Source: a virus
Reading direction: 5' to 3' (one strand)
Length of the DNA: 64,000 nucleotides
IMG/VR virus record: IMGVR_UViG_3300025929_000014
Location: 32,001-96,000 of that record
Shown here: positions 46,246 to 56,277 of the stretch, one piece after another
How positions within the stretch are numbered: position 1 is the stretch's first letter
How the letters are laid out: every line of letters begins with the position of its first letter
Notes under the pieces: generated by a model
What the model was told of the DNA's origin: nothing
The model's input: only the letters and a program-made list of their open reading frames with translations
Databases searched by the model: none
Made by a program: the position numbers and the translations under genes

Positions 46246-48392
46246 CAGTGTGTTCCTATCGAGCCGTTGGGGAGATAGAGTGCGGGATCTTGATCGTTAC
46301 CGAAGCCGGGCGGTGATTCGATCTCGAAATGTAGGTGCGGGCCGGAACTGTTGCCGGTGGAATCGGACTGCGCGATCAGCTGTCCCTGCTTCACGCTGTC
46401 GCCAGCCGCGCAATTAAAGCTGGAGAGGTGGCCATAGAGGGTCATGGTGTTGCCGGTCACGATCCGCACGCAGTTGCCGAAACCAGTGGTATCCCACTGC
46501 GCGAAGATCACCACGCCGCCCGTTGCCGCATAGACCGGTGTACCGGTGGGGATGCCGATGTCGATGCCGGTGTGGAAGTGGGGATAGCCATGCACGGCAG
46601 GCTCTCCGGCATAGGAAGTGGGACCATAGGCTTGTGTAATGGAGTACGGAGGCTGAACGGGAAACTGCATGCCGCCAGCACTGGAACTGGCGGGCTGTTG
46701 CGGTGGATTGGCCATGTTCGCGCCGGTACTGACCGGCGTCACATTGGTATTGGTGACGGAGGTGGAGCCAGCCGGATCGGTATTGCCGGAATCGTAGCCA
46801 ATGGGCGCGCTCTGATACTTCACCACCAGGATGTTGGTGACCGGCGCGTTGGTCGGATTGCTCTGAATGGTGATGGTGGTGGGGCTGCCCCGTCCGGCAT
46901 CGACGACCACGTATTCACCGGTGGGCGAAGGACCAATGGGCGCGCTGGTAACGGGATCGCGCAGCTGCACGACGGCGCCTGCGGTGATATTGAGATCGGT
47001 GCAATCGAGGGAGATAGTGTTAGCGCTGGTCGCCTGCAGGCTGCCGTACAGGTAGGGCGCCGCTTGCAGTACCGGGTTCGTGGCAATGGTGTACGGGCCA
47101 GGCTGACTGCTGGCGAGGGGTGCCAGCAGCTGGGTGCTCGTCGGTGAGGTGGGCGAGCCGGAGAGGAACTGTTTCTGGATGTTCTGCGTGATCACCGGGT
47201 AGGTGAGCGAGCCGATATAGGGGAAGCTCTGGTCCGCTGCCCGGCCATAGGCCAGGCCCAGCGTCATTACCCAGGACTGGCCCCACTCCAGGTTATAGGT
47301 GGTGTTGGTCATGTAGTAGCGGCCGGTCGCGAGCGGCGCTTTGAGGCCGGGCGTATTCAGCGTCGCGCCGGCATTGGGAATCGGCACATCCACCAGCTTC
47401 CCGATGCGAAAGAGCGGATCGGCCGGTATGGTCACCGAGCCCACCAGGATATTGCTGGCATAGACGTTCAGCATCTGCTGCGCCAATGTTTGGGCCGCTT
47501 GCTTCGCCCGAATCCAGGGCGCGTAGAGGACGAGGCGCCTGGTCTTGAGATGCTGCGCCATGGAGGCCGGCGCTGCTACGTAGGGTGCCAGCTGGGTGAT
47601 GGGCACCAGACCATAGCGTACCTCCACTTCGGTCACCACGCCCTGATCGGTCTCTGCCAGGTCGAGCTGTAGGATCTCTTCCTCTTGCACCGTGCGCGGA
47701 AAGAGGTCGGGCATGAAGTAGCCGGGCGTATCGGCGAGATAGCCCATGCGCCGCCAGTAGCAGAAACCTTCCTCGTCGAAGAACATCTCCAGCCCGGAGT
47801 CGCCGACCAGGGCCTGAATGATCGATGACCAGGTTTGCTGGTCTGGATTGGTAAAGATGCCGGCACTGATCTGGCCCCAGAGAAAGGCGCCGGAATTGGC
47901 CTGCGGATCGATGACGATGTTCTTGATTGGGTAGCCGACTGCCTGCGCAGAGAGCGTGAGAATGGCCGAGCCAGTGATGCCGGTAGCGCTGTAGAGGGAG
48001 AGCCTGACCGTATCACCGGGATTCTGGCGCACCACCTCCCAGAGCTTATAGGGACTGGAGGCGGCAATCTGCACGATATCGCCCTGATCGGCGCTAAAGA
48101 GCTGGTGGTAGGCATCGACATAGCCTGTCCAGGCCACGCCCCACTCGCCGTGCCGGTTGCGCAGCCGCAGCTGCACCACATCCATCGCTTGCGGACGGGT
48201 CGATTGCCCGTTCGAGCCGGTGAGGTTGCTGATCACGCCATGCGGATCGGCGAAGGTCGCCGTCAGTTGTCCCACGCTGGTGGTGGAATTGGAGGCCGTG
48301 CAGGAGAGCATGGTATTCAGGACATAGGCGCTGCCGTCCTGCTTGATACAGTAGAACTGGTAGTCGGGTTGGAACTCTAGCAGCGACGGCAT
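46245..48392 (-). CDS. baseplate hub with C-terminal M23 peptidase
   Basis: EMFFDEEG hub segment; HTGID, YGHL, GNSSGPHLHFE. Confidence 0.85.
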   Translation of the reverse strand: MPSLLEFQPDYQFYCIKQDGSAYVLNTMLSCTASNSTTSVGQLTATFADPHGVISNLTGSNGQSTRPQAMDVVQLRLRNRHGEWGVAWTGYVDAYHQLFSADQGDIVQIAASSPYKLWEVVRQNPGDTVRLSLYSATGITGSAILTLSAQAVGYPIKNIVIDPQANSGAFLWGQISAGIFTNPDQQTWSSIIQALVGDSGLEMFFDEEGFCYWRRMGYLADTPGYFMPDLFPRTVQEEEILQLDLAETDQGVVTEVEVRYGLVPITQLAPYVAAPASMAQHLKTRRLVLYAPWIRAKQAAQTLAQQMLNVYASNILVGSVTIPADPLFRIGKLVDVPIPNAGATLNTPGLKAPLATGRYYMTNTTYNLEWGQSWVMTLGLAYGRAADQSFPYIGSLTYPVITQNIQKQFLSGSPTSPTSTQLLAPLASSQPGPYTIATNPVLQAAPYLYGSLQATSANTISLDCTDLNITAGAVVQLRDPVTSAPIGPSPTGEYVVVDAGRGSPTTITIQSNPTNAPVTNILVVKYQSAPIGYDSGNTDPAGSTSVTNTNVTPVSTGANMANPPQQPASSSAGGMQFPVQPPYSITQAYGPTSYAGEPAVHGYPHFHTGIDIGIPTGTPVYAATGGVVIFAQWDTTGFGNCVRIVTGNTMTLYGHLSSFNCAAGDSVKQGQLIAQSDSTGNSSGPHLHFEIESPPGFGNDQDPALYLPNGSIGTH

Positions 48393-48586
48393 TAGTTCGT
48401 GGCGTAGGGAATGATGATCACCGTACCGACGGCCAGGTTGCGCCAATCCAGAATCGTGTTGTTGGTGATCTGGATGGCGCGCACGAAGGTCGGCACGTCG
48501 GTATAGCCGGCCGACTGCATATAGCGGCCGGCGATATGCCAGATGGTGTCAAAGGCTTGCCAGGTATAGGCGCGTAAGGAGGCCAT
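48392..48586 (-). CDS. LysM/tail X-like protein
   Basis: DTIWHIAGRY...LAVGTVIIIP. Confidence 0.75.
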   Translation of the reverse strand: MASLRAYTWQAFDTIWHIAGRYMQSAGYTDVPTFVRAIQITNNTILDWRNLAVGTVIIIPYATN

Positions 48587-49137
48587 TAACTGATCCTCGC
48601 GACGCCGCCGCCACCACCAGGCACGGCAGGCGGTGTGGTGACGATCTGGCCGCCGCCGCCAGGCAGAATGGGGATGGAGAGCGCCTGGCTGGCGCTGTTG
48701 GCGAGCTTGGTGACGGCCGTCGGCAGCTGCTGCCCATACTCCGCCAGCTCGATGCGATACTGGTTATAGAGGTGCATGTCGCTGGTAATGGAATCCTCGA
48801 AGACGTTCACATAGACGAACTTGGTATCGGTGAAGCGGCTGGGGAACTTGAAGGTGACGATGCGTTCGTTGTTGCCTGCTTTGGGGCGAAAACGCTCCAT
48901 GGCGGTGAGCCCTTTGACGCCGGCTACGCCGGTGAAGCCTTCCAGCGAGTAGACGGTCTGCCGGGCGCCGAACGACATGCGGATGATGCCGGCCCTGGTG
49001 GGCAGATCCACATGAATCGCTTCCGAGCGTTCGGTGTAACTGGTGGGATTGATGTGAAACTGCACGCCGTCGATGCTGCAGGTGACGTAATTGCCCCGCT
49101 TCTTGGGATCGAGAAAGTCCTGATAGGGATTGCTCAC
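48586..49137 (-). CDS. tail tube initiator-like protein
   Basis: FHINP; follows tape measure. Confidence 0.55.
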   Translation of the reverse strand: MSNPYQDFLDPKKRGNYVTCSIDGVQFHINPTSYTERSEAIHVDLPTRAGIIRMSFGARQTVYSLEGFTGVAGVKGLTAMERFRPKAGNNERIVTFKFPSRFTDTKFVYVNVFEDSITSDMHLYNQYRIELAEYGQQLPTAVTKLANSASQALSIPILPGGGGQIVTTPPAVPGGGGGVARIS

Positions 49138-51936
49138 TTAGCGGCTCCGATGGTTCGGGGGGCGTGGGGGCGGCTTTTGCTGGGTCGGCCCATTGGTGCT
49201 GGAGTGTTTGGGGTGGGTGGTGGTCTGGCCGACGGGGACACGCGTGTGATGGGGCGGAATGGTTACCGTGCCGACCTGATTCCCGGCGCCGTCTTTAACG
49301 ATCAGCGTGCCGGTGACCACGATATCGACGTTCTGCGCGGCCGCCAGGACGCCCTGCGCGTATGCCGGTCCCTCACCGTAGCCGGCGAGCCCGGCCGCGA
49401 GCGAGCCGCCATTCTTTTTGATTTGCCAGTTGAGATACCACTCGGACGCAACAATCGCCTGCATGGGATCATAGGCATTGAACTTCTTCTTGTAGAAGGG
49501 GCTGGTAGGGTCGCCTTCTACTGAGCCGGGACCGTTGTCGCCTGCGGTAGAGGGAAGAAACTGTCCCAGACCCATGGCGCCACTGGTCTTGTTGGTAGCG
49601 GTGGGATCGAAGCCATTGCTCTCGCGGTTAATCATGGCGAGAAGTACGGCAAGGGGTACGCCGTAGGGATTGATGCGTTTGTTGTTGGTGGCAGACTCGA
49701 AGGCGCTTACATATTGCGACGGCACCGGGTTGTAGCCGCCAGATTGATTTTGCACCTCAATCGTGCCGGCTGGATGCGGACCAATGAACTGGCGTCCCAT
49801 GCCCGTCTGGGTGGGATGGAAGCCGTACTGGCCGACGACGGGAATAGCGGAGAGGTCGTACGGCACTTTGCCGACATTAAAGGCCAGATGACCGCCTGTG
49901 ACCGGCCCGCCCATCAGATAGCCGGGAGATCCATGCGAAGCAGTGGCCTCTTGGGCACCGTGCGGGATCTGGTTGGGCAGCTGGACGTTCTTGAAGTTGG
50001 GATTGTGGAGCGTCGTGTCGTTGGGGCTGTCGCTGCTGCTGCCTCCCGGCTGCACGGCGCCCAGAATATCCTGGAGATCGTGGTGCAGCGTGCCGAGCGT
50101 CACCGATGCGGCTTCGGCGGCAATCTTAATCTTGTTCAAGTGATCCACTTGCTGTCCGGCCGCATCCGCCATGGTCTGCTGCCAGCTCTGCGCGCTGCCC
50201 AGTCCCTCGCCCTTCTGGAACTTTGCCGCCAGTGCTTCTGCCTGCTTATCCTTGCCTTTCAGCCAGAGATCGATGAGCTGCAGCTGCTGTTGCGGCGCCA
50301 GATTGGAGATGCCGGTCAGACCCAGATTCTGGATCATGCCCAGGCTTACTTCCCTGGAGGTGGCATCCCTCCCAGGATTGGTGGTGCGCAGGTAGCGCCC
50401 AATGGCATCGAACATCTGATCGGGATGGCCGCCCTTGCCGTTGATACCAATCTGTGCCCCCAGGAACTTACTCATGTCGCCGCCGAAGAGCAGCGCCGCG
50501 TCCTGGATAGCCGATGTGCCGGTGGCGCTCATCACCGGCGACATCAGGTCGCCCACATTGATGCCGGCGCCTCCGGTGACGTTCTTGGTGAGCAGGCTGG
50601 AGATGGATGCCAGACCGGAGATGCCGGAGTCGGGTCCGCCGACGGCCAGCGCCACGCCGTTACTGGCCTGTTCGAGGCTGGTGAAGGACTCGATCAGTTT
50701 GTCGATGCTGACGCCAAAGGTCTTACCCTGGCGCACCAGCTGCTGGAAGACCATGGTGGTCTGATCGACGGAGAGTCCCTGCTTACCCATCAAGACGCCG
50801 GTAAGCGTGCCGAGCGCGGGAATACCGCTGTCATCGGCGCCGATGGCGCGGCCGAGCGAGAAGGTCGCCCTGGCGCCGCCCACCAGATTCTTGGTGCCGG
50901 AGACGCCGGCCAGTTCGAGCTGTTTCGCCAGCGCCATGGCGGTAGAGGAGTGATACCAGTAGTTCTGCGCGGCCCCACCTGTGCCGCCCAGCTGGTTGAC
51001 CAGATCCATGGCGCCAGCCGGTGACATGCCGGCCGGGTTGGGGGTGCCGGCGCGTAGGTCATATGCCGTCACATGCGCTGCAGTATGGATCTTGTTATAG
51101 ATCTCCTCGCCGATGACGCCGACGCCGACGACGGCGACGCTCAGGGCCGCGATGCCACCGAGAATGCCGAGCATGCCCTCAACCAGGCCCGCACCGCCAG
51201 CTCCTTCGATGGCCGCAGCGTCTCCTCCTGCCTGCGCAAGCGTGGCAGAGCCTGCCGCAGACGAAGACCCGCGCAACATGCGAATGGCGGAGAGCCCGCT
51301 CTGATACACGCCGCCCACCGTACTCCGGCCGGTAAACGCCTGCTGGATGCCACCAAAGATAAGATTGCGGCCAAGGGGACCAGCGTTGCCGTAGGCCAGG
51401 GCGCCCAGCTGCGAGAGCGAGCGGGAGTTGAAGATCGACTTGACCAGATGGCCCTTCTCCTGCTCCAGCAGCTCGCTCTTCTTACGCCGCAGATCCTCCT
51501 CGCCTCTAATCTGCTTATTGAGGGCGTCGATTTGCGCTTGCATCTGCGTGCTGGCACGGTCCACCGAGAGGCGGCGAATGGCCTCTTCCCTGGGCGTTTC
51601 CGGCTCCGGCCCAGGTGGGCTCTTGGCCATCTGGAAGCCGACATTCGGTCCCAGACGCATAAAGGCCGTCAGCTGCTTCACCATGGTGTCCAGGCTCTGC
51701 AGCATATTGGTGAGGTCGGGGTTATTGGCGCGCAGATCGGGCGATCCGGCCAGACGGTTCTGGATAGCGGCCGGCGAGGAGAAGGTCTCCCGTAGCCCGG
51801 CGAACTGTTTATTGCCCAGCTGCACGATCTGTGCTTCGAGCTTGGCTATATCCGTCTGCAGCTGCTTGACTTTCCCCTGGATGGGGGTAATGTCAGCATC
51901 TATTTTGGTGGTAACGCGCTTGGTGTCGCTGGACAT
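49138..51936 (-). CDS. tape measure protein with lytic transglycosylase domain
   Basis: 932 aa helical; RESN, GAMGLGQFLPST. Confidence 0.85.
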   Translation of the reverse strand: MSSDTKRVTTKIDADITPIQGKVKQLQTDIAKLEAQIVQLGNKQFAGLRETFSSPAAIQNRLAGSPDLRANNPDLTNMLQSLDTMVKQLTAFMRLGPNVGFQMAKSPPGPEPETPREEAIRRLSVDRASTQMQAQIDALNKQIRGEEDLRRKKSELLEQEKGHLVKSIFNSRSLSQLGALAYGNAGPLGRNLIFGGIQQAFTGRSTVGGVYQSGLSAIRMLRGSSSAAGSATLAQAGGDAAAIEGAGGAGLVEGMLGILGGIAALSVAVVGVGVIGEEIYNKIHTAAHVTAYDLRAGTPNPAGMSPAGAMDLVNQLGGTGGAAQNYWYHSSTAMALAKQLELAGVSGTKNLVGGARATFSLGRAIGADDSGIPALGTLTGVLMGKQGLSVDQTTMVFQQLVRQGKTFGVSIDKLIESFTSLEQASNGVALAVGGPDSGISGLASISSLLTKNVTGGAGINVGDLMSPVMSATGTSAIQDAALLFGGDMSKFLGAQIGINGKGGHPDQMFDAIGRYLRTTNPGRDATSREVSLGMIQNLGLTGISNLAPQQQLQLIDLWLKGKDKQAEALAAKFQKGEGLGSAQSWQQTMADAAGQQVDHLNKIKIAAEAASVTLGTLHHDLQDILGAVQPGGSSSDSPNDTTLHNPNFKNVQLPNQIPHGAQEATASHGSPGYLMGGPVTGGHLAFNVGKVPYDLSAIPVVGQYGFHPTQTGMGRQFIGPHPAGTIEVQNQSGGYNPVPSQYVSAFESATNNKRINPYGVPLAVLLAMINRESNGFDPTATNKTSGAMGLGQFLPSTAGDNGPGSVEGDPTSPFYKKKFNAYDPMQAIVASEWYLNWQIKKNGGSLAAGLAGYGEGPAYAQGVLAAAQNVDIVVTGTLIVKDGAGNQVGTVTIPPHHTRVPVGQTTTHPKHSSTNGPTQQKPPPRPPNHRSR

Positions 51937-52310
51937 TAGAGGTCGGGTGCTCCAGCCGCGCGCCTATCGCGCACTATCTGTTCCTGGATATCGAGCGGAA
52001 TGTAGGCGGTGTCCGCGTCCCGGAAGTAGGGGTCTTCGGTGCAGAAGAGCGCGAGCGGATCGACCGGCGCGATAGATTTGTCTTCGCCGCTAATCACCTT
52101 GACCGCCTTATCAGGATTATGGGTTGCCAACAGGAAGAGGGCCGCCAGATGGCGCCGATCCTCATCAGCGCGTTTGGCCGCCTCCACTTCGTCCTCCCTG
52201 GTGTGGAAGAGGACGAATGCCCATTGCTTTGCGGTTAACTGCCCCCTGGAAAACGCGCCGATCCGGTCAAGGGCTCGCCATTCGAGGACCGTTCGGCGTC
52301 GATATTTGGG
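51936..52310 (-). CDS. tail assembly chaperone, -1 frameshift extension
   Basis: -1 frame open from C CCA AAT (52310-52304) to 51936. Confidence 0.7.
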   Translation of the reverse strand, partial: PKYRRRTVLEWRALDRIGAFSRGQLTAKQWAFVLFHTREDEVEAAKRADEDRRHLAALFLLATHNPDKAVKVISGEDKSIAPVDPLALFCTEDPYFRDADTAYIPLDIQEQIVRDRRAAGAPDL

Positions 52311-52759
52311 TCGCTGAGAATCTCGCTGAGTTCTAAAAGCGGCTGCCGGGCTGCCAGGTCGTAGTTGACCAGGATGGCATCCAGGAGGGGGCCGGGCCAG
52401 GTATGCACCCAGTTGGCGCGCATAATCAGCTCGTTGGGATAGAGCGTGCCGGCCGGATCGCGTAAGGGCTCGTTCTTGCTCCAGTTCACCGGCACATCGT
52501 CAACGGCATCGACGGTATAGGCAGCGCGTAGCTCGCCCTCGCGCATGATGCGCTGCTCTTCTGGAAAGCTCTTCACGCGGGAGATGAGGTCGATCTCCTC
52601 CGAGTTGGTGAGGACGTGGTAGGAGATGGTGCGGATGGTATTGCGCCAGATGATGTCGCGCTTAATGGGCGCGAGAATGCCCCAGAACTGGAAGAGGGGA
52701 TCGAGGGGGGTTTCCTCAACAACCCCCTCGTCCGGTGCGCCTTGTTCGTTTTCGTCCAT
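52235..52759 (-). CDS. tail assembly chaperone
   Basis: between tube and tape measure; carries slippery site. Confidence 0.75.
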   Translation of the reverse strand: MDENEQGAPDEGVVEETPLDPLFQFWGILAPIKRDIIWRNTIRTISYHVLTNSEEIDLISRVKSFPEEQRIMREGELRAAYTVDAVDDVPVNWSKNEPLRDPAGTLYPNELIMRANWVHTWPGPLLDAILVNYDLAARQPLLELSEILSDPNIDAERSSNGEPLTGSARFPGGS

Positions 52760-52786
52760 AAACTCTCCCTCGTACGCGTGTGGTGC

Positions 52787-53464
52787 TTAGTCGCCATCCC
52801 GGTTCATATTGGGGTTGTTGAACGGGAGGGATCCTGGGGTTTGATTGGTCGGCGCTGCGGCTGGGGCTGCACCGCCCGCATCGGCGAACTTGCCGGCGCC
52901 CCAGAGCTGCTGGAGGTTCGAGAGCTGGTATTCGCCGCCCATGTCCGAGCGGTTGTAGCCCTTGCCGATGAAGTTGAAATCTTCGGAAATCAGCGTCATG
53001 GGGTCGGAGAAGCTCCAGGTGTACTCGGTGATCCAGACGGTCATCCAGCTCCAGGTCGCCGTCTCCACCGTCGGTGCGCCGGACGGACCCTGATAGTTGA
53101 AGCTGTACTGCCAGATGAAGGGGCACATGCGGAAGTCGATATCCGAGAGGTTGCTGTATTCGCGCGCCAGCAGCTCCTGCATATCGGCGCCACGCAGCTG
53201 GAAGCGGGAACCCGATCCCTGCCACTGGCGCATGCCGAAGACCGGCTCGTTCCAGTCGTTGCCGGCCATGGCCCGGAAGTTGGTGCCATTGCTTTCCGAG
53301 ATGCGGAATGCCTGCATACCGCCGACAACTTTCGGCGTGCCGCCCGGTGTGAAGATGGAGAGCGAGCCGAAGAGCGTATGGCGTCCCAGGCTGACATTGC
53401 CCTTGCCGACGCCATCGGGGTACGGCACGCCCGGTATATGTTGATTGCGGATAGTGCCTGCCAC
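52787..53464 (-). CDS. tail tube protein
   Basis: follows sheath. Confidence 0.65.
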   Translation of the reverse strand: MAGTIRNQHIPGVPYPDGVGKGNVSLGRHTLFGSLSIFTPGGTPKVVGGMQAFRISESNGTNFRAMAGNDWNEPVFGMRQWQGSGSRFQLRGADMQELLAREYSNLSDIDFRMCPFIWQYSFNYQGPSGAPTVETATWSWMTVWITEYTWSFSDPMTLISEDFNFIGKGYNRSDMGGEYQLSNLQQLWGAGKFADAGGAAPAAAPTNQTPGSLPFNNPNMNRDGD

Positions 53465-53513
53465 TGTGGGGAACCTCGTGGGAGAGTACAGTTGTCTTCC
53501 GACAACTTTGGGG

Positions 53514-54995
53514 CTAAATGAAAGTGAAGCTCGTGACGATGCTGATGGTGGTGATGGGGAAGCGGGTGATATAGGAGACCGTCACTGCGTAGATCAGCGT
53601 GTTGGGATCGACACTGACGGTGACCGAGTTCACGCCGTTGATGGTGCTGCCCAGGCGCGCCAGCCCCGCCCGCACCGCAGCCTGTAGCTGCGTGGTGAGC
53701 GTCGCCAGGTTCGGCGACGGGCGGCCCTTGAAGGGGCTGACGGCCGCGACGGTGACCAGTGACACCGCGTCGTCGATGTCCTGGACATTGAACTGGTAGA
53801 AGGGGTTCACCAGGTTCGAGTTGGTGCCTAGCGTGTAGGGAGCGGTGGAGACCGCATCACGCACCAGCAGCAGGGCGCTGGAGGCAGGCTGCTCGAAGAC
53901 CAGGAGTCCTGCTGCGGCCAGCAGATTGAGGTCGGTCGTCTGCAGGGGCGCAGTCTTATCGCTGGGGATGGCCAGCCCGGAGAATCCGGCGATGGGGAAG
54001 CGCGTGGCGGTCTCTTCGGTCGGCCCGACGGCTTTGAGTCCGGCATACGCTGCCGCCAGATAGATGCCGTCGTAGATGGTCGTCGTACCGGTGGCGGGGT
54101 TGACGGCGAAGGCGCCATCGTGGCCGATACAGACAAACCGGCTGGAGTTCATGTTGTTATAGGAGGTGGAGAGGCTGGCGAAGGTGGTGCCCAGGGCCGG
54201 CCCCAGAATGGCCTTGCGGAACTGGTTGATGGAGAGGGCAGCCGTGATGTGGCTGGAGAGGGCGCCGGAGATGGTGGAGGCATCGAAGCCGGCCCAGATA
54301 TAGTCCACGCTAAAGGCCAGCGAGTTGGCCAGCGCAGCCGCGACACTCGCATCGCCGGCTGCCGTGCCGAGCCCATCGGCGCCGCCGGCCAGGGCCTGGT
54401 TGACGACCGCAGCCGGGATATTCGCGCCCAGGGCGCCGGTTACCTGCACAGCGCTGCCCGGATTATTGAGCGGATTGGCGCCATTGATGGCGGCCTGGAT
54501 TTTGGCGTTGCTCGTCAGGTCGTAACTGGTATTGGCGTAGGTCTGGAGGACGGTTGTGCCGTTCAGGATCTGAATCTGCGTGACTACTGTGGCCGCGACG
54601 GTAACGGTCAGCTTCAGCGCATTGCCGGCCGAGCCGGCGAACATGCCGATACCGACCAGATTAAAGCTGGTGCCGGAAGTCTGGGCCACCACCGCAGCCG
54701 TCGCGCGCGTGACGCCGGTACGGCAGACCAGGAGGTTATAGGCGCTATTCGTGGTAGGCTGGCGCTGAATGGAGGCGTAATAGCCGCCGAGCGGAATAGA
54801 GTAGCCGGTGCTGGTCGCCTGACCGGGATCGCCGAAAATGGACGCCAGCTGGGCGAGCGGGATGAGCACCGGAGTATCCGGTCCCTTGGGCGCCGTGCCC
54901 AGCAGCAGCAGGGTCTTACCAGGCACGCCGCCAATCAGCTGCTGGCTGGCACCCTGCGAGATAACGGTGACCGAAGGAGGGGCATACGTGGCCAT
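53514..54995 (-). CDS. tail sheath protein
   Basis: YAPPSV, LLGTAPKGP, GSAGN, LAGGADG, AAAYAG. Confidence 0.88.
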   Translation of the reverse strand: MATYAPPSVTVISQGASQQLIGGVPGKTLLLLGTAPKGPDTPVLIPLAQLASIFGDPGQATSTGYSIPLGGYYASIQRQPTTNSAYNLLVCRTGVTRATAAVVAQTSGTSFNLVGIGMFAGSAGNALKLTVTVAATVVTQIQILNGTTVLQTYANTSYDLTSNAKIQAAINGANPLNNPGSAVQVTGALGANIPAAVVNQALAGGADGLGTAAGDASVAAALANSLAFSVDYIWAGFDASTISGALSSHITAALSINQFRKAILGPALGTTFASLSTSYNNMNSSRFVCIGHDGAFAVNPATGTTTIYDGIYLAAAYAGLKAVGPTEETATRFPIAGFSGLAIPSDKTAPLQTTDLNLLAAAGLLVFEQPASSALLLVRDAVSTAPYTLGTNSNLVNPFYQFNVQDIDDAVSLVTVAAVSPFKGRPSPNLATLTTQLQAAVRAGLARLGSTINGVNSVTVSVDPNTLIYAVTVSYITRFPITTISIVTSFTFI

Positions 54996-55004
54996 GGAGT
55001 GTCC

Positions 55005-55652
55005 TTAAATGATGATGGTCGTGTCTGTAGCCTGGGCATAGGGGGGTGTGCCGGCGTCGGTGGTGACGGTGGGGAAGATAGTGAAGCCGGTTGGCACCAG
55101 GGGGTTCTGGCTCCACTGCATGAAGAGATCGCATTCCAGGGGTAGGGTCAGCTCGTAGACCTGCCCTTCGGGGCGGGGCTCGTCAAGATTGGCGGACGGC
55201 GCGTCTACAGCGCCAAAGCCGGTAACGATAATGCCGCAGAGGCCCAGGTTATGCAGGACGGCCTGTTCCCATTGGTTGCCGGAGGTGTCGGTGCTGTAGC
55301 CGGCGAGAATACCGGAGACCAGCGCGTCGAGGAGATACCAGCGTTCGGCGTCTTTGCGCGCCTTGATGATCAGCACGATGCGGCTCTCGCTGGCGCGTAC
55401 CTGATAGACGAAGGTGTTGGTGAGGGGATCGAGCAGCTGCAGGTTCATGCCGCTCATAAAGCGGATGGCGCCGGGCTGCACGGTAACCACCACTTCGGAG
55501 AACTCGCTCTCCAGGTCGGCGTAGATGGAGCGCATCGGCACCGTAATAGGCTGACCAAACTCGTCCAGGAGGTTGTCGAGAATCGGCTGCAGACAGGCAA
55601 TGGCGTTGTAGATCACCGCTTCGTAGAGATTGAGGTAGGGGCCAGCAGACAC
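55005..55652 (-). CDS. tail terminator/completion protein
   Basis: position before sheath. Confidence 0.55.
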   Translation of the reverse strand: MSAGPYLNLYEAVIYNAIACLQPILDNLLDEFGQPITVPMRSIYADLESEFSEVVVTVQPGAIRFMSGMNLQLLDPLTNTFVYQVRASESRIVLIIKARKDAERWYLLDALVSGILAGYSTDTSGNQWEQAVLHNLGLCGIIVTGFGAVDAPSANLDEPRPEGQVYELTLPLECDLFMQWSQNPLVPTGFTIFPTVTTDAGTPPYAQATDTTIII

Positions 55653-56063
55653 TTAGAACTTCTTTTGTGTACGGCTATCAACATTCGCGAGCAGGTTTTG
55701 TACGCGCGCGGACTGCCAGGCGGCATCGAGGAAAGGGTGTGCTTTGGTGCCAGGGTGCTTGACCTGCGCTACTACCTGGTTGCCGGAGCGCCCAAAGAAG
55801 CTCAGGGCTTTTCTGGACTTGGGGCGAATGCGATGCGGCTTGGTGCCGGTTTCCCGATACCAGGCCAGCGTGGGCAGGAGCAGCTGCCCTTTCTGAGCGC
55901 CCTGCTCCTCCCAGCGCACGGAGCGCGCGAGCGAGGCCGGCAGCCGGCTGCGGACTTCTTGTGCCCAGGCCCGTCCGACGTTATGAAACGTCTGGCTCTG
56001 TGCCTTCTTGTCCGGCAGGAGCTGCTGCACTAGCTGGTTGAAGTGGGTCGCTAAGATGCCCAT
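55653..56063 (-). CDS. HK97 gp10-like neck protein
   Basis: ETGTKPHRIRPK..KAL...VKHPGTKAHPFL. Confidence 0.8.
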   Translation of the reverse strand: MGILATHFNQLVQQLLPDKKAQSQTFHNVGRAWAQEVRSRLPASLARSVRWEEQGAQKGQLLLPTLAWYRETGTKPHRIRPKSRKALSFFGRSGNQVVAQVKHPGTKAHPFLDAAWQSARVQNLLANVDSRTQKKF

Positions 56064-56265
56064 AATCCTCGACCGGCGCGTCAATCGGCGCAGGAGGAAT
56101 GAAGAGCGGCTGGGGGAGATAGTCGGTGTAGCCGCGTTTGTAGAGGGCCGGCAGATGCCAGCTGTATACCTCTATTGTACCAGTTGCCGGATCAGTCGGA
56201 TAAAAGGTGCCGTCAACGCCGGTAACGGCTTTGCCGCGCGGAACGGTGAGTCGTATCTTTTCCAT
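55981..56265 (-). CDS. small virion protein, paralog of 62496-62699
   Basis: GGGAG RBS; similarity to 62496-62699. Confidence 0.6.
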   Translation of the reverse strand: MEKIRLTVPRGKAVTGVDGTFYPTDPATGTIEVYSWHLPALYKRGYTDYLPQPLFIPPAPIDAPVEDYGHLSDPLQPASAAAPAGQEGTEPDVS

Positions 56266-56277
56266 GCTTTTCGCTCC

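Noticed and set aside
49714-51024. Long antisense ORFs (also 59269-60627, 21113-22249, 54120-55145)
   Set aside because: Shadows of GC-rich codon usage on the opposite strand, with no motifs or RBS
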